From Eledone cirrhosa (taxonomy: Eukaryota), in the NCBI GenBank assembly GCA_964016885.1, contig OZ024740.1, positions 86,304,001-86,368,000 of the forward strand: DNA of 64,000 bases. The letters run 5' to 3'. Each line of letters begins with the position of its first letter. Position 1 is the first letter of the stretch. Under the pieces are notes generated by a model. It was not told where the DNA came from and made no database searches. It saw nothing but the letters and a program-made list of their open reading frames with translations. Below are positions 25,488 to 36,892 of the stretch, piece by piece. The translations under genes and the position numbers were made by a program.

Positions 25488-28400
25488 TTAAACCTTATTT
25501 AATGTTGGTCTATATTTTTGAATAAACATATTTTCCTTATTTATTCGCATTTGTTCTGTTGTATTGTTAGCGCAAAGGTAAAATGGGAAGACTTGGAATT
25601 TGGGTGTCTTATTACTTGCGCAAATGTCTAGATGTGCACTTAGTGGTATCTGTCTCGTGGTTGGATCTCGTAATTGTTGGCGATGAACTGTCATTCTGTT
25701 TCTGAGTGTGAGTTTAGTTTGTCCTATATAATCTTCATTGCATCCTTTACATTTAATGGCATAGTGATTTTTGGCAAGTGATTTAATTGCAAGTGATTTT
25801 TTACAGTAAAATTTTGTCCTGATTTAAATGTATACGTGTTGCCTTCAATGAGGTGAGTGCAGGTTCCACAATTAGAGCGACCACATTTTTTGATACTTGG
25901 TTGTGGGTTTGTGGTAGGTAATTTGGCATTGGTGAGTAATGTTTTCAGTGATTTTGGTTGTCTTTTGCTTTTGATTATTTTGTGTGTTTCAAGGGCTTTT
26001 TTCATTCTTGGGTTTTGTTTTAGTAGTGGGATGTTATTGTGAATAGTGTTGTAAGCTTCCGCATTTCTTGGGTTGTGTGTTGAGATATATGATAGAATAT
26101 TGGACGTACCTTGAATTTGTTTCTGTTTCCGTAATTCATCAATGCCTATTGCTTTAGCCCTTTCTATTCCATTATTTATTAGTAATAGTGGGTACTCTCT
26201 CTCGAGTAGAATTTCCTTTAATTCTTGAAGTCTTTTATTTCGCGTTTCATAATTGGAGACAATTGTGCAAATTCTTCTTGCTAGGTTAAAAGGAATGTTC
26301 GTCTTCGTGTGCTTTGGATGGTTGGAGGTGAATAGCAGATATTGTTTGGAATCTGTTGGTTTGTAGTGTATGTCAGTTTCGATATTTGTGTCTTTTGTTA
26401 TGATTAAGATGTCCAGAAATGGGAGTTGATCTTGGCTGTATTCCATTGTGAATTGGATGTGGTTATTGATGCCGTTTATTAAGTTTTTGAAATCCTTCAG
26501 TTGGTCGAGTGTGTGGGACCAAAGAATGAGACAATCATCCAAGTAGCGTTTCCAATTCTCTGATAAATATTTGTGGAAGTTCAATCCGTATTTTGATTTG
26601 GACTATTCATATATCTGGACTTCTAAGTATGCCATGACTAAGTTGGCATAAGTTGGAGCGGCTTTTGTACCCATCGCAGTCCCCGATATTTGCTTGTAAG
26701 TACTGCCATCGAAATCAAAAAAGTTGTTCTGTAAGATGAATTTTAATCTCTCGGTGATGAAGCTTTTTTCTATTCTGTCAGGTATCTCATTGGGATATTT
26801 CTCTAGCCAGAATCATATTGCTTCTAGTCCGTATTGTTGTGGGATCGTTGTGTAGAGATTCACTACATCGAAAGACACAATAATAGTGTCGTTGTTGACA
26901 TGTTTGGGGAGGTGGTTTAAGAGGTCCAGATCGTCTCTTACAAGGCTTGGTATGTGTTTGAAAATTGGTTTTAGTACTATGTCTATAAAGTTGCTCAGTC
27001 TGTGTGTTTCACATTGTGGGCCCGCTACAATTGGTCTTAATTGAAGGTCTGTGGGGGTATTGTGTGTTCACGCAGGCTGAGGTGAATTGTTTACAGGCAT
27101 CGTTGATTATTTTACATTTGTGGATCTTCGGAAGTCCGTAAAGGTTGCTGGTTTTGTATTCAAAATTTGTTAAATAATCGCGTTCCTTTTTAGTTAGGTC
27201 TTCCTGGTATCGATAAATCAGTGTGTTTAATTTGGTCATTATTTTTGATTGCTGGTAGTTTTTTACTCTTTCATAGTAATTAGTATTTTGTAAGAGAAAG
27301 AACATAGAATTTTTATATTTTTCAGCCTCCATAATGACAACAGTACTTCCCTTGTCCGCTTCCTTAATTACAATGTCCGTATTGTTTTTTAGTTCATGGA
27401 TAATCTCCCATTCCCTTCGACTTGTGTTGGGTTTGGGTTTAGGTTGCGGTAGTTCATGGTATGGGAAGGTAGCTATGTGGTCACAAAATTTGTCAAGAAC
27501 TCTGTTTCTACCTTTTGTTGGGTTGTAGCTGCTTTTATTCCGTACAATTGATTCGTCGTTATTCTCCTTGTCAAAGAATTCCTCTGTGAGATGTAATTTT
27601 CTACAGAAGTGTGAGATATCGTCATTTATCTCGTTGGGGTTAGGGTATTGTGGTGTTGGTGTGAATTTAAGACCTTTGGAGAGAATTTTTACTTGTTGGG
27701 CTGAGAGGTTTGTATTTGAAATGTTAATTATTTTCGGTTTTTCAAAATCGGTTTGTGCCACCGGGTGTCGTGAGTCCTGTAGCCTTGGTCTAAAAAATGA
27801 TTTTTCTGGAATGTTTTTTCATTTGTATTATTATATCTAATGGTATTTCCTCTGTTGTTGTGTGGTCTTGTATAGGAGTTTCGGACGTATTGAGGTTCGG
27901 TTTGTTGATAGTCCGGGTTGTAGATTTGGTTCCTTTGTGTGGGTTGGGATCTACGGTTTTGGAACAGGCTCTGTGTGGGCAGGGGTCTACGGTTTTGGAA
28001 TAGGTTTTGTGTGGGTTGTGATCTGCGGATCAGGTCCTGCCTTGTGTTCGGGGATCTTTGGTTTTTGTTAGTAGGGTTATAGTTTTGTTTATGGTTTCTG
28101 GGATTATCGTTATAGTTTTGCTGGGGGTATGTTGGACGTTTTGTTACTTTTTTTGTTATTTGTTGTGCATGTGGTGTGTGCGTTTTAGTTTGTTTTAAAA
28201 ATGGGTTACCTGTATGTTGTTCATTTTTGAAGTCCATTTCGTAGTTGTTGAACCAGGTGGCGTTTTTTTCCCATCGCTGGGGGGATGTTAGTTCTTCATC
28301 CTCACAGTTTTCTGTCCAAAGTTTTAGTTTTTTTTTGTAGAGTAGGCCTTCAGAGTGCTTTGAGATTTCTGTGTCCATCTGTTGGTCGAGTGACTTGAAT

Positions 28401-28929
28401 TTTTCTTCGTTGGAGTTGGCTCTTAATCGCAACAGTTCTATTTCTGTTTTAAATTTTTCCAATGCCATCTTTTCCCTAAGTCTTTGTTGGTTTTCTGGTT
28501 CATTCGGGATGGGTTTTATTTTGAGTTTTTTGGGGAGGATGATTGGGGTAGAGTTTAACCACTTTTCATATATGTCTGCCTTGCCATTATTTTTTAGGAG
28601 ATTCCAAAGGGCGAATTTGCGGGCTGTGAGCTTTTGAGTCCATATGTTGATTAGGGTGTTTTTCACTGAGTGGACATCTCGTAGATTGGGTTCTAACGGT
28701 TGTTCAAGCTTTTGGAGCATTGCTGTTTCAATGGTTTCGATTAGCTTAGTTAATACTGGAGTAATATTCGTCTCTTGGGTATTTTCTGTTTCTTCGTGGG
28801 GTCCTTTTTATAGATGTGTATTTGGTCCACTTTGTTGGTCAAAATTGAGAGTTTAGAGGAAATCTCTTTGAGTTCATTTAAGATGTCCTGGTTCAGTGAG
28901 TTGTTGTTTTGTTGAGACTTTGGTGGCAT
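25488..28929 (-). pseudogene. PLE coding region: coiled-coil-like ORF1, RT, CxxxxCxxC linker and GIY-YIG endonuclease; disrupted
   Basis: LSKGLKFTPTP, LYGLPKIHK, LRPIVAG, SFDVVNLYT, GTAMGTKAAPTYANL, RYLDD, LPFLD, YKPTD, CGRSNCGTC, YAIKCKGCNEDYIGQT...RMTVH. Lesions: extra C at about 27055, in-frame TGA about 26814, TAG about 26604, frameshifts near 25780 and in the 5' part. First ATG at 28929. Confidence 0.92.
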
Positions 28930-29095
28930 TTTCGGTCTTCGTGTGGTGGGTATATATTAGAAAGTGAGGTTTTTTTTACAAAATGAAAAATAACCGAGGT
29001 ATCCTACACGAGTGAAAGTATAAAGAAAAAGAGATGAAATCGAAAATGCAACTGGAGTCTTATTTTTTTTTTTAAATATATATATTTATTTGGTT

Positions 29096-29133
29096 CCTTT
29101 ACCGGTTTCGCAGTTCTTCTGCTTTTCAAAAGG
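29096..29133 (-). ncRNA. Minimal HHR, U3-A8 core variant, in the 5' direct pLTR
   Basis: Identical to 24450-24487. Confidence 0.85.
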
Positions 29134-29624
29134 TGAGTTGAGATGGAGGGTCTGTGGTTTTTCTCACATCTGGTTGGTCTCTGAATGTTACTTGTTTTAT
29201 ATGGAAAAAGTGGCTCGAAATGCCAGGTTTTTCGAGAAGTAATTTGATTGTTTTGTCAATAATTATAATAAATTTCGCGCCAGTTCGCGTTACAATAGTT
29301 CTTCAAATAAGAGAGGGGGGGGGGGGGGGTTGTCACAGGTTGTTTTTTCCAACCAGAAAAAAGCCTTCGTGAGCCTCCTTTTTTCAAGTAAAAAGAAATT
29401 CAAACACTCATATATGAAAAAAACAACCTGTGACAACCCCCCCTCTCTTATTTGAAGAACTATTGTAACGCGAACTGGCGCGAAATTTATTATAATTATT
29501 GACAAACCAATCAAATTACTTCTCGAAAAACCTGGCATTTCGAGCCACTTTTTCCATATAAAACAAGTAACATTCAGAGACCAACCAGATGTGAGAAAAA
29601 CCACAGACCCTCCATCTCAACTCA

Positions 29625-29662
29625 CCTTTTGAAAAGCAGAAGAACTGCGAAACCGGTAAAGG
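29625..29662 (+). ncRNA. Minimal HHR, U3-A8 core variant, in the inverted pLTR
   Basis: cctt-TTGAAAA-gcagaagaactgc-GAAA-ccgg-TA-aagg on the plus strand. Confidence 0.85.
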
Positions 29663-29733
29663 AACCAAATAAATATATATATTTAAAAAAAAAATAAGAC
29701 TCCAGTTGCATTTTCGATTTCATCTCTTTTTCT

Positions 29734-29764
<31 letters not shown>

Positions 29765-29781
29765 CCGATAAAACTAAAAAT

Positions 29782-29869
<88 letters not shown>

Positions 29870-29872
<3 letters not shown>

Positions 29873-30792
29873 TACAATTCGTCCTTCATCAGTGATCTTC
29901 CAGCCTTCATTGGTATTTCTTCGCTTTAAAGATCATATACCTCTGGTTGGTGCGAGCAATAACTAAAGAAAGTTATTGGGACACGTAAAATAGGGTGAAG
30001 CGAGCGAGACATGTAAACAAATAAAGATGGTAATGCAACGGAAAGAGAGGAGAGGAGAAACAAATCCGTGATATCTATGAACTTAAGTTCTGTGAAATCA
30101 TAGACGAGGAGATATACAGACCATCCGACCTGTGTGAGATGTGAGCGGGAAAAGGATTCCACACAGGTCAAAAGGGAGGATGTGAGAGAGGGAGAGAAGC
30201 AGAGAGTGAGTGAGTGAAAGTGTGAGGAAGAGGCCAGCGGAGAGAGAGTGACTGTCAGATGGAGTAAAAAGAAGGTGAGAGATACTGAGAAAGGGGAAGC
30301 AATGAGAAAGAAACAGACAGGTCACAGCGGAGGAAAAAATATAAATATATGAAAAATGGCGTGCTGCGTGGTTGCACATGGGTTACATATGAATAAAATT
30401 AGTCCTTCATCAGTGATCTTCCAGCCTTCATTGGTATTTCTTCGCTTTAAAGATCATATACCTCTGGTTGGTGCGAGCAATAACTAAAGAAAGCGATTGG
30501 GACACGTAAAATAGGATGAAGCGAGCGAGACATTGCTCACATCTCACACAGGTCAGATGGTCTGTATCTCTCCTCGTCTATGATTTCACAGAACTTAAGT
30601 TCACAGATATCACGGACTTGTTTCTCCTCTTCCTATCTTTCCGTTGCATTACCATCTTTGTTTGTTTACATGTCTCACTCGTTTCACACTATTTTACGTG
30701 CGAAGAAATAGCAATGAAGGCTGGAAGATCACTGATGAAGGACTAATTTTATTCATATGTAACCCATGTGCAACCACGCAACACGCCATTTG

Positions 30793-30795
<3 letters not shown>
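29870..30795. mobile_element. Non-coding element with a partial tandem (about 520-bp period) plus inverted segments
   Basis: 29870-30012 is repeated at 30390-30532. 30533-30700 inverts 29980-30147, and 30700-30795 inverts 30350-30445. Flanked by (TA)n. Confidence 0.8.
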
Positions 30796-30840
<45 letters not shown>

Positions 30841-30847
<7 letters not shown>

Positions 30848-31019
30848 ATAAGAAACGGAGAATCAGTGTTGCGACGAATAAAATGTATTAGACATATTAC
30901 AATCGTTTCTCTGGCGACCAGCTCGATCGTGCCTCGATCTGGTCGCCAGAGAAACGATTGTAATATGTCTAATAAATTTTATTCGTCGCAAAACTGATTC
31001 TCCGTTTTTTATGTGATAT
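30841..31019. repeat. Fold-back palindrome (about 80-bp arms) containing the 3' half of an HHR
   Basis: Arms ATATCACATAA...CTCTGGCGACCAG / CTGGTCGCCAGAG...TTATGTGATAT. The right arm reads ...ccaga-GAAA-cgattg-TA-atatg. Confidence 0.85.
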
Positions 31020-31287
31020 CATACTCTGCTCTGTAAGAGCATTGAGTGCTCAAACGCCCTACCGCTTACGGACGCTTTATATATATATATATATATAATA
31101 CAGAAGTGACTTGTACAAGACTAGAACTGTTTCATTCAAAGGAAATCTTCCGGAAAGCCCAGATTTCCTTCGTTCTATTCCCGTAGAAGCCATTTCTATA
31201 TTAAATATTTATACTCTGCTATGTATTGAGTACTTTGCTTACTGTGGTTACCCCCGATTGGACCCGGGATACACACACACACACACA

Positions 31288-31344
<57 letters not shown>

Positions 31345-31350
<6 letters not shown>

Positions 31351-31702
31351 CAAAGAAAGTGTGGTAAGATACCAGGTGGACCATAATTCGATACTTAAGG
31401 TAGTAGACTGGGTAGATCTAGCTGTCGAGGCGGTCGGGGCTCAGCCGTCGGGGTCCCGACTCTTTTCCTATATATGTATTTACATACATACATATATCTA
31501 TATATAGAAACATGTTCAAGACCCCGTTAGCTGAGCTCAAGCCGTTTCGACGGCTATTTCTGTAGTCCAGAAATAGCCGTCGAAACGGCTTGAGCTCTGC
31601 CGTCGGGGTCTTGAACATTTTCCTATTACCCACTCTACTACCCAAAGTCTTGAGTACTCTGGTGCGTTATGGTCCACCTGGTTCCTTAACACACTTCCTT
31701 CG

Positions 31703-31705
<3 letters not shown>
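31345..31705. mobile_element. Family F fold-back element (also at 42630-42850 and 51418-51610)
   Basis: Palindrome GACCCC...GACGGCTATTTCTG-tagtc-CAGAAATAGCCGTC-GAAA-cggc ttgagctct gccg-TC-ggggtc, with shared flank CCCACTCTACTACCC...GGTGCGTTATGGTCCA. Confidence 0.8.
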
Positions 31706-31780
<75 letters not shown>

Positions 31781-31940
31781 TTAAGGATACTATTTATGGT
31801 TATGCATATACAAAAACCTTTTGTAGTTATATATATTTTTACAAACCCTAAATAGTGATAGGCAGTAATATATTACTACCTTATTACCAGTAAATTAAAT
31901 AGCTCAATGTAATAACATCAGTTGTTTTTCAGAGCAGTTA

Positions 31941-32733
31941 TATATAAGTTATAAGAATCAAAGTTCTGTTCAAATCATTTATATGCTTACAATTGTTTCC
32001 TCCAAACCGAGGTTTGGATTCTTCGGAGCAATTTATTAATCAATGATCACATATATAACCTCCTTTTCAACCCAAGAGACATACAGATACATATGCAAAT
32101 ATTGTTGCTTGGTGGGTCGACATCCATTATAACATTTAGCGTGGCAGTATACGTTTAAAGATTACATTCATATCAAAAGAGGTTAAAATTAAAAATTAAA
32201 GTTAAAATACAACATGAAATTAATGCGGTAGGATAGTCAGAAGCAGTTAGTGTGTGCAATAGTTACTCGTGTGGCAAGCACGTGTGTCTTATTTATATAA
32301 TACTATAGTGCGGCAGGGTGTTACATGTAATACAAGCACTTTAAGCGGGTGATCAAGAGTATTAAGGTGCTGTACACGAAAACCATATCATCGATTTGCT
32401 ACACATTTCTAATATTTTTAATATTTATAATATTTCTCTACACACAAGCTTCTATAACATTCATATAAAAGATACATTACCAGTTCAACCCCCTTTTATC
32501 CTCTTTTGATATGAATGTAATCTTTAAATGTATACTGCCACGCTAAATGTTATAATGGATGTCGACCCACCAAGCAACAATATTTGCATATGTATCTGTA
32601 TGTCTCTTGGGTTGAAAAGGAGGTCATATATGTGATCATTGATTAATAAATTGCTCCGAAGAATCCAAACCTCGGTTTGGAGGAAACAATTGTAAGCATA
32701 TAAAGGATTTGAACAGAACTTTGATTCTTATAA

Positions 32734-32738
<5 letters not shown>
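31941..32738. mobile_element. Element with about 240-bp inverted arms (31941-32182 / 32499-32738), each with an HHR
   Basis: The arms are near-perfect reverse complements, and the element ends in long (TA)n. Confidence 0.88.
32652..32698 (+). ncRNA. Minimal HHR, C4 core variant (family G); mirror copy at 31984-32030 on minus
   Basis: tgct-CCGAAGA-a tccaaacc tc ggtttgga g-GAAA-caattg-TA-agca. 8-bp stem II, palindromic stem III (CAATTG). Confidence 0.75.
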
Positions 32739-32822
<84 letters not shown>

Positions 32823-32828
<6 letters not shown>

Positions 32829-33926
32829 GACATAAAATAAGAAAATTATAAAATTAACTTACTTACTAAAATTTCACTCCAACTACTTAATTTCTGAAAG
32901 GGAATAAACATGGTTTCCGAATGGAACATGGAGAATACCTTTCGTCATCAGGAAGTCAATTCTAAGCTAAGTTCCCAGGCGATACGTGGACACAAGGAAC
33001 TTATACAAAAATAATTCAGTGGATCGAAAAAACCAAGCGAGGACTAAATTCCAGGACATTGAAAAAATCACTGCCTACTTGGTCGGTGGCAAATTCAAAA
33101 GAATCAATCACGTGACATCGAGGTTAATCACTGAGTAGTGGGGTGTTAATAAGACAGTAGCCGGACTATTACTATGAACTATAGTAGTAGTTTTGGCAAA
33201 TTTTTGCTCAACAAAATAATTTGGAGATAATTATAAAGAATTAGTATATAATTATAAAGAATTAGTATATCTACCAACATATATATACAGATGCATACCT
33301 ATGCTAGCAAATATATAGGTTTTGTCTTAGTAACTTTGTGGTTCAATGCAAGGGGATGCAGAACAATTATATGAAAGACGTAAAATAAGAAAATTATAAA
33401 AATTAACTTACTTACTAAAATTTCACTCGAAAACTACTTGCCAAAACTACTACTATAGTTCATAGTAATAGTCCGGCTACTGTCTTATTAACACCCCACT
33501 CCTCACTGATTAACCTCGATGTCACGTGATTGATTCTTTTGAATTTGCCACCGACTAAGTAGGCAGTGATTTTTTCAATGTCCTGGAATTTAGTCCTCGC
33601 TTGCTTTTTTCCATCCACTGAATTATTTTTGTATAAGTTCCCTGTGTCCACGCATCGCCTGGGAACTTAGCTGAGAATTGACTTCCTGATGACGAAATGT
33701 ATTTTCCATGTTCCATTCGGAAACCATGTTTATTCCCTTTCAGAAACTAATTAGTTTGAGTGAAACTTTAGTAAGTAAGTTAATTTTAATAATTTTCTTA
33801 ATTTACGTCTTTCATATAATTGTTCTGCATCCCCTTGCATTGAACCACAAAGTTACTAAGACAAAACCTATATATTTGCTAGCATAGGTATGCATCTGTA
33901 TATATATGTTGGTAGATATACTAATT
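32823..33926. mobile_element. Non-coding element: about 547-bp monomer with a partial tandem and a long inverted copy
   Basis: 32823-32880 repeats at 33370-33430. 33437-33926 is the reverse complement of a permuted monomer. HHR-like core CTGATGA-cgaa...ttcg-GAAA at about 33686-33723 lacks a convincing stem I. Confidence 0.8.
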
Positions 33927-33948
33927 CTCTCTCTCTCTCTCTCTCTCT

Positions 33949-33994
<46 letters not shown>

Positions 33995-34003
<9 letters not shown>

Positions 34004-36262
34004 TAAAAGCGAGGATGTGTGTGTGTCTGTGTACAATTTTGGATACCTAATTACAATTACCAACCGAATTTGACCAAATTTTCTGTGCACATTGCACAGG
34101 TCACTAAGATGGTCACATCACAAAAAATGTTCAAATCGAGCCACGTTGAGCAATAAAAAAATCGATAGCAAAATTATCGGTAGCAAAATTGATGTAAGCG
34201 AGATAACCAATTTTATTGACAATCCTTATAAAGAGAGTGAGATATGGAGACCTTCGTTTTCAATTTTAAAACAACAATCATCGTCGGACGAAATTTCAGA
34301 AATATAAACATCAGATTCATTTGAATATAAATCACTAATATTATCGTTTGTTTCTTGTTTATTCTGAATGTCGTCGTGTGTAAAACCTTCAAAGTCGGTA
34401 TCGCTACTTTCATAAGCCATGTTGATACAAAAAAAAAATGTGTTGCACTTTCAAAGTTAAAAAAAAACACTTGTTGTTTTAACTTATTTCACTTTATTAA
34501 GTGTTAATTTTCTCGGGAAGGGCCTAATCTCGCAGCAGTCTCGAATTGACGAGATTTTGGTGATGGTTTGTTTATTTTTAGAACAATCCTTATGGGACTT
34601 TCTATTCAAACCATTGGGACCTACAACTTTTACATTTTTAAAGTAATTTCGTCCACATTTGAGGCAGGCATTATGTATGCTTCCAGCTGTATTCGTACAT
34701 ATCAAACTTTTTTGACAATGAAGGAACATACTGAACAGGATGTAGTTATTCAAAGGATTTTTTAAGTTTTGCCAGTATATTATTAATTTTACTGTATCGC
34801 TTCAATTCATACATTTTGACTTTACAATTTGTCACCAAATAAAAGAAAGTATGCTCATATTGGCTCTCGGTCGAAGAAAACAATGCGTGTAAATGACGCT
34901 CCACCGATAACCAAAAATAGACAATCACAAAATGCGGTGAGTACAGTTATTGCAGCATCTTTGTCCGCCGCTGAGCGTCGGTTAGTGCGGCGAACCAATA
35001 ATGCTAAAGCAACTGCTGCAGCACGAGCTGCAGAGACTACAGAGCAACGCCTTTCTATGGATGCTACAGATACTGCTGCAGCAAGATCTGCAGAGACAGT
35101 ACAAAAATATGAAACACGCCGTGCGCGTAATGCTTCAGCTAATGTTGCAGCAAGAGCAATTGAGACTGAGCAAGAACGTCAAAGTCGCCAATTGAGAAAT
35201 GCTTCAGCTACTGCTACGGCACGAGCTGTAGAGACTGTAACAAGTCGAGCTATTCGGCTGGAGGGTAACGCTCAACGTAAAGCTTTATCGCGGGGTATTT
35301 CAAAGGCATCACGCTCACGATGGTACCTTAAGACAGTTAAGAATGACCCTAATGTGAACTATCAAATCCATCCTCATATTCAAATATATGCCATGTCAAA
35401 TACTTGCCAACATTGTAAAGCTAAAAATTGGGCGGGAGAATCGGCTGGAATGTGCTGCTCCAATGGTAAGGTTAATTTGCCCTATCCGGATGTGGAAGAG
35501 GCGAGGATGTGATAATAACAAAAATTAGCCTGACTACAGCAGGCGTGGATACTCCCTTCTTTCGCCGAACCCAATTTCCCCTTCGTGTTGCCTTTGCGAT
35601 GTTCATAAGTCGCAAGGTCAAACTCTGTCCGTCGCTGGAATTCACTTGGATGAACCTTTCTTTTCGCACGGACAATTCTACGTTGCCTGCTCACGAGTTG
35701 GCAGTAGAGATAATCTCTTTGCGTTTGTTCCGAAAAGAAAAACAAAGAATATCGTCTATCCTGAAGTGCTTTAGTGTTAACAAAAACACTTATTACAGCT
35801 CTGCCTTGAATTCACCTTACTCATTACAAATCATACCAATGAATATGTCATGCAGGATATTTTGGATTATAAGTTCAAAATTTAACCATACACAGCAAAG
35901 GATGCTCTCAAAGAATAGATTTTCTGTTATTCTACTCTCATTGTTTTTTGTTTGTATACAACTCTGCTTTCATTACAACTTTTTGTACTTTAGCAAAACT
36001 GCCTGTTTTTTTACAGATTTGCAACGTTTATTGTCTTTAATCATTTAATCATTTGTATAACTACATCCTGTTGAGTGTTTTCCTTTATTATCAGCATAGT
36101 TTTATGTGTACAAAGATTGCACTAAATATTCGTTTGCATTATTTATTGAAGACTTCTGCTTATTTTGACAGGTTGGGGACAAATAATTTTCTTCTTTTAC
36201 TTCCTAGCTGTATATTCTTAGCATAATTTCAAACCCCGGGCAACGCCGGGTAAATCTGCTAG
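33995..36262 (+). mobile_element. Internally deleted Helitron
   Basis: 3' terminus CCCGG-GCAACG-CCGGG hairpin followed by CTAG (36259-36262) then T. 5' end TATAAATATAAAAGCGAGGATGTGTGTG merges into (TA)n. RepHel remnants lie inside. Confidence 0.9.
34829..35774 (+). pseudogene. Helitron RepHel remnant: N-terminal repeats and Zn-finger fused to the PIF1-helicase C-terminus
   Basis: ETxEQR-type repeats and CQHCKAKNWAGESAGMCCSNGKVNLP, then directly FRRTQFPLRVAFAM..KSQGQT...FSHGQFYVACSRVG...TKNIVYPEVL* across frames. Confidence 0.88.
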
Positions 36263-36854
36263 TATATATATATATGAGGGAGATAGTGATGTGTATATTT
36301 AAGTTTAAACAGGTGCCTATATATGTTAATGTACAAAGATAGGTGTACATTACATATATATATATGTGTATGTGTGAGTGCTTGCGTGTGGGTATGTAGG
36401 TCGATGTATCTATGTGTGTGTAGGTGGGTGGGTGTATGTGTCTGTGCGTGTGTTTCTGTGTGTATATCTATGTGTTGAATTGAAATATTGGATACGTGAA
36501 AGATTTTTATATTTCTATGTACGCTTACAGTGACTCCATATGAATATATGTATGTTTATATGTATGTGTGCAAATAGTATATAGATGAAAATTATTCTAT
36601 CAGTATAATGTGTATTCATTGTACTTTTTTTTATTTATAAATAATTATGTTTATATTCCCATGTAGTTATGTGTGGTTTGCTTTTGCATATCTAGAACGT
36701 AGTTCCGTACAAGTAGTTTAAACGTACTATATATAGTTTAAATATTAAATAGCAAATATTTGTTTATGCAAATATATATATTTGCACCACCTCTCAAACG
36801 TACACACACACACATTTGTGTATGCGCGCATATATATCTATACCCTTGTCAATG

Positions 36855-36892
<38 letters not shown>

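Larger units (their letters stand above)
24291..29738 (-). mobile_element. Penelope-like retroelement with pseudo-LTRs: 3' pLTR about 24291-24770, 5' direct pLTR 28951-29349, inverted pLTR 29350-29738
   Basis: RT + GIY-YIG coding region between near-identical direct repeats, plus an inverted 5' copy. (TA)n on both flanks and one HHR in each pLTR. Confidence 0.93.

Noticed and set aside
26810-26820. In-frame TGA in the PLE RT as a possible selenocysteine codon
   Set aside because: It is not at a conserved Cys position, it is explained by CGA>TGA decay, and a TAG stop and frameshifts occur nearby. The linker cysteines use TGT/TGC.
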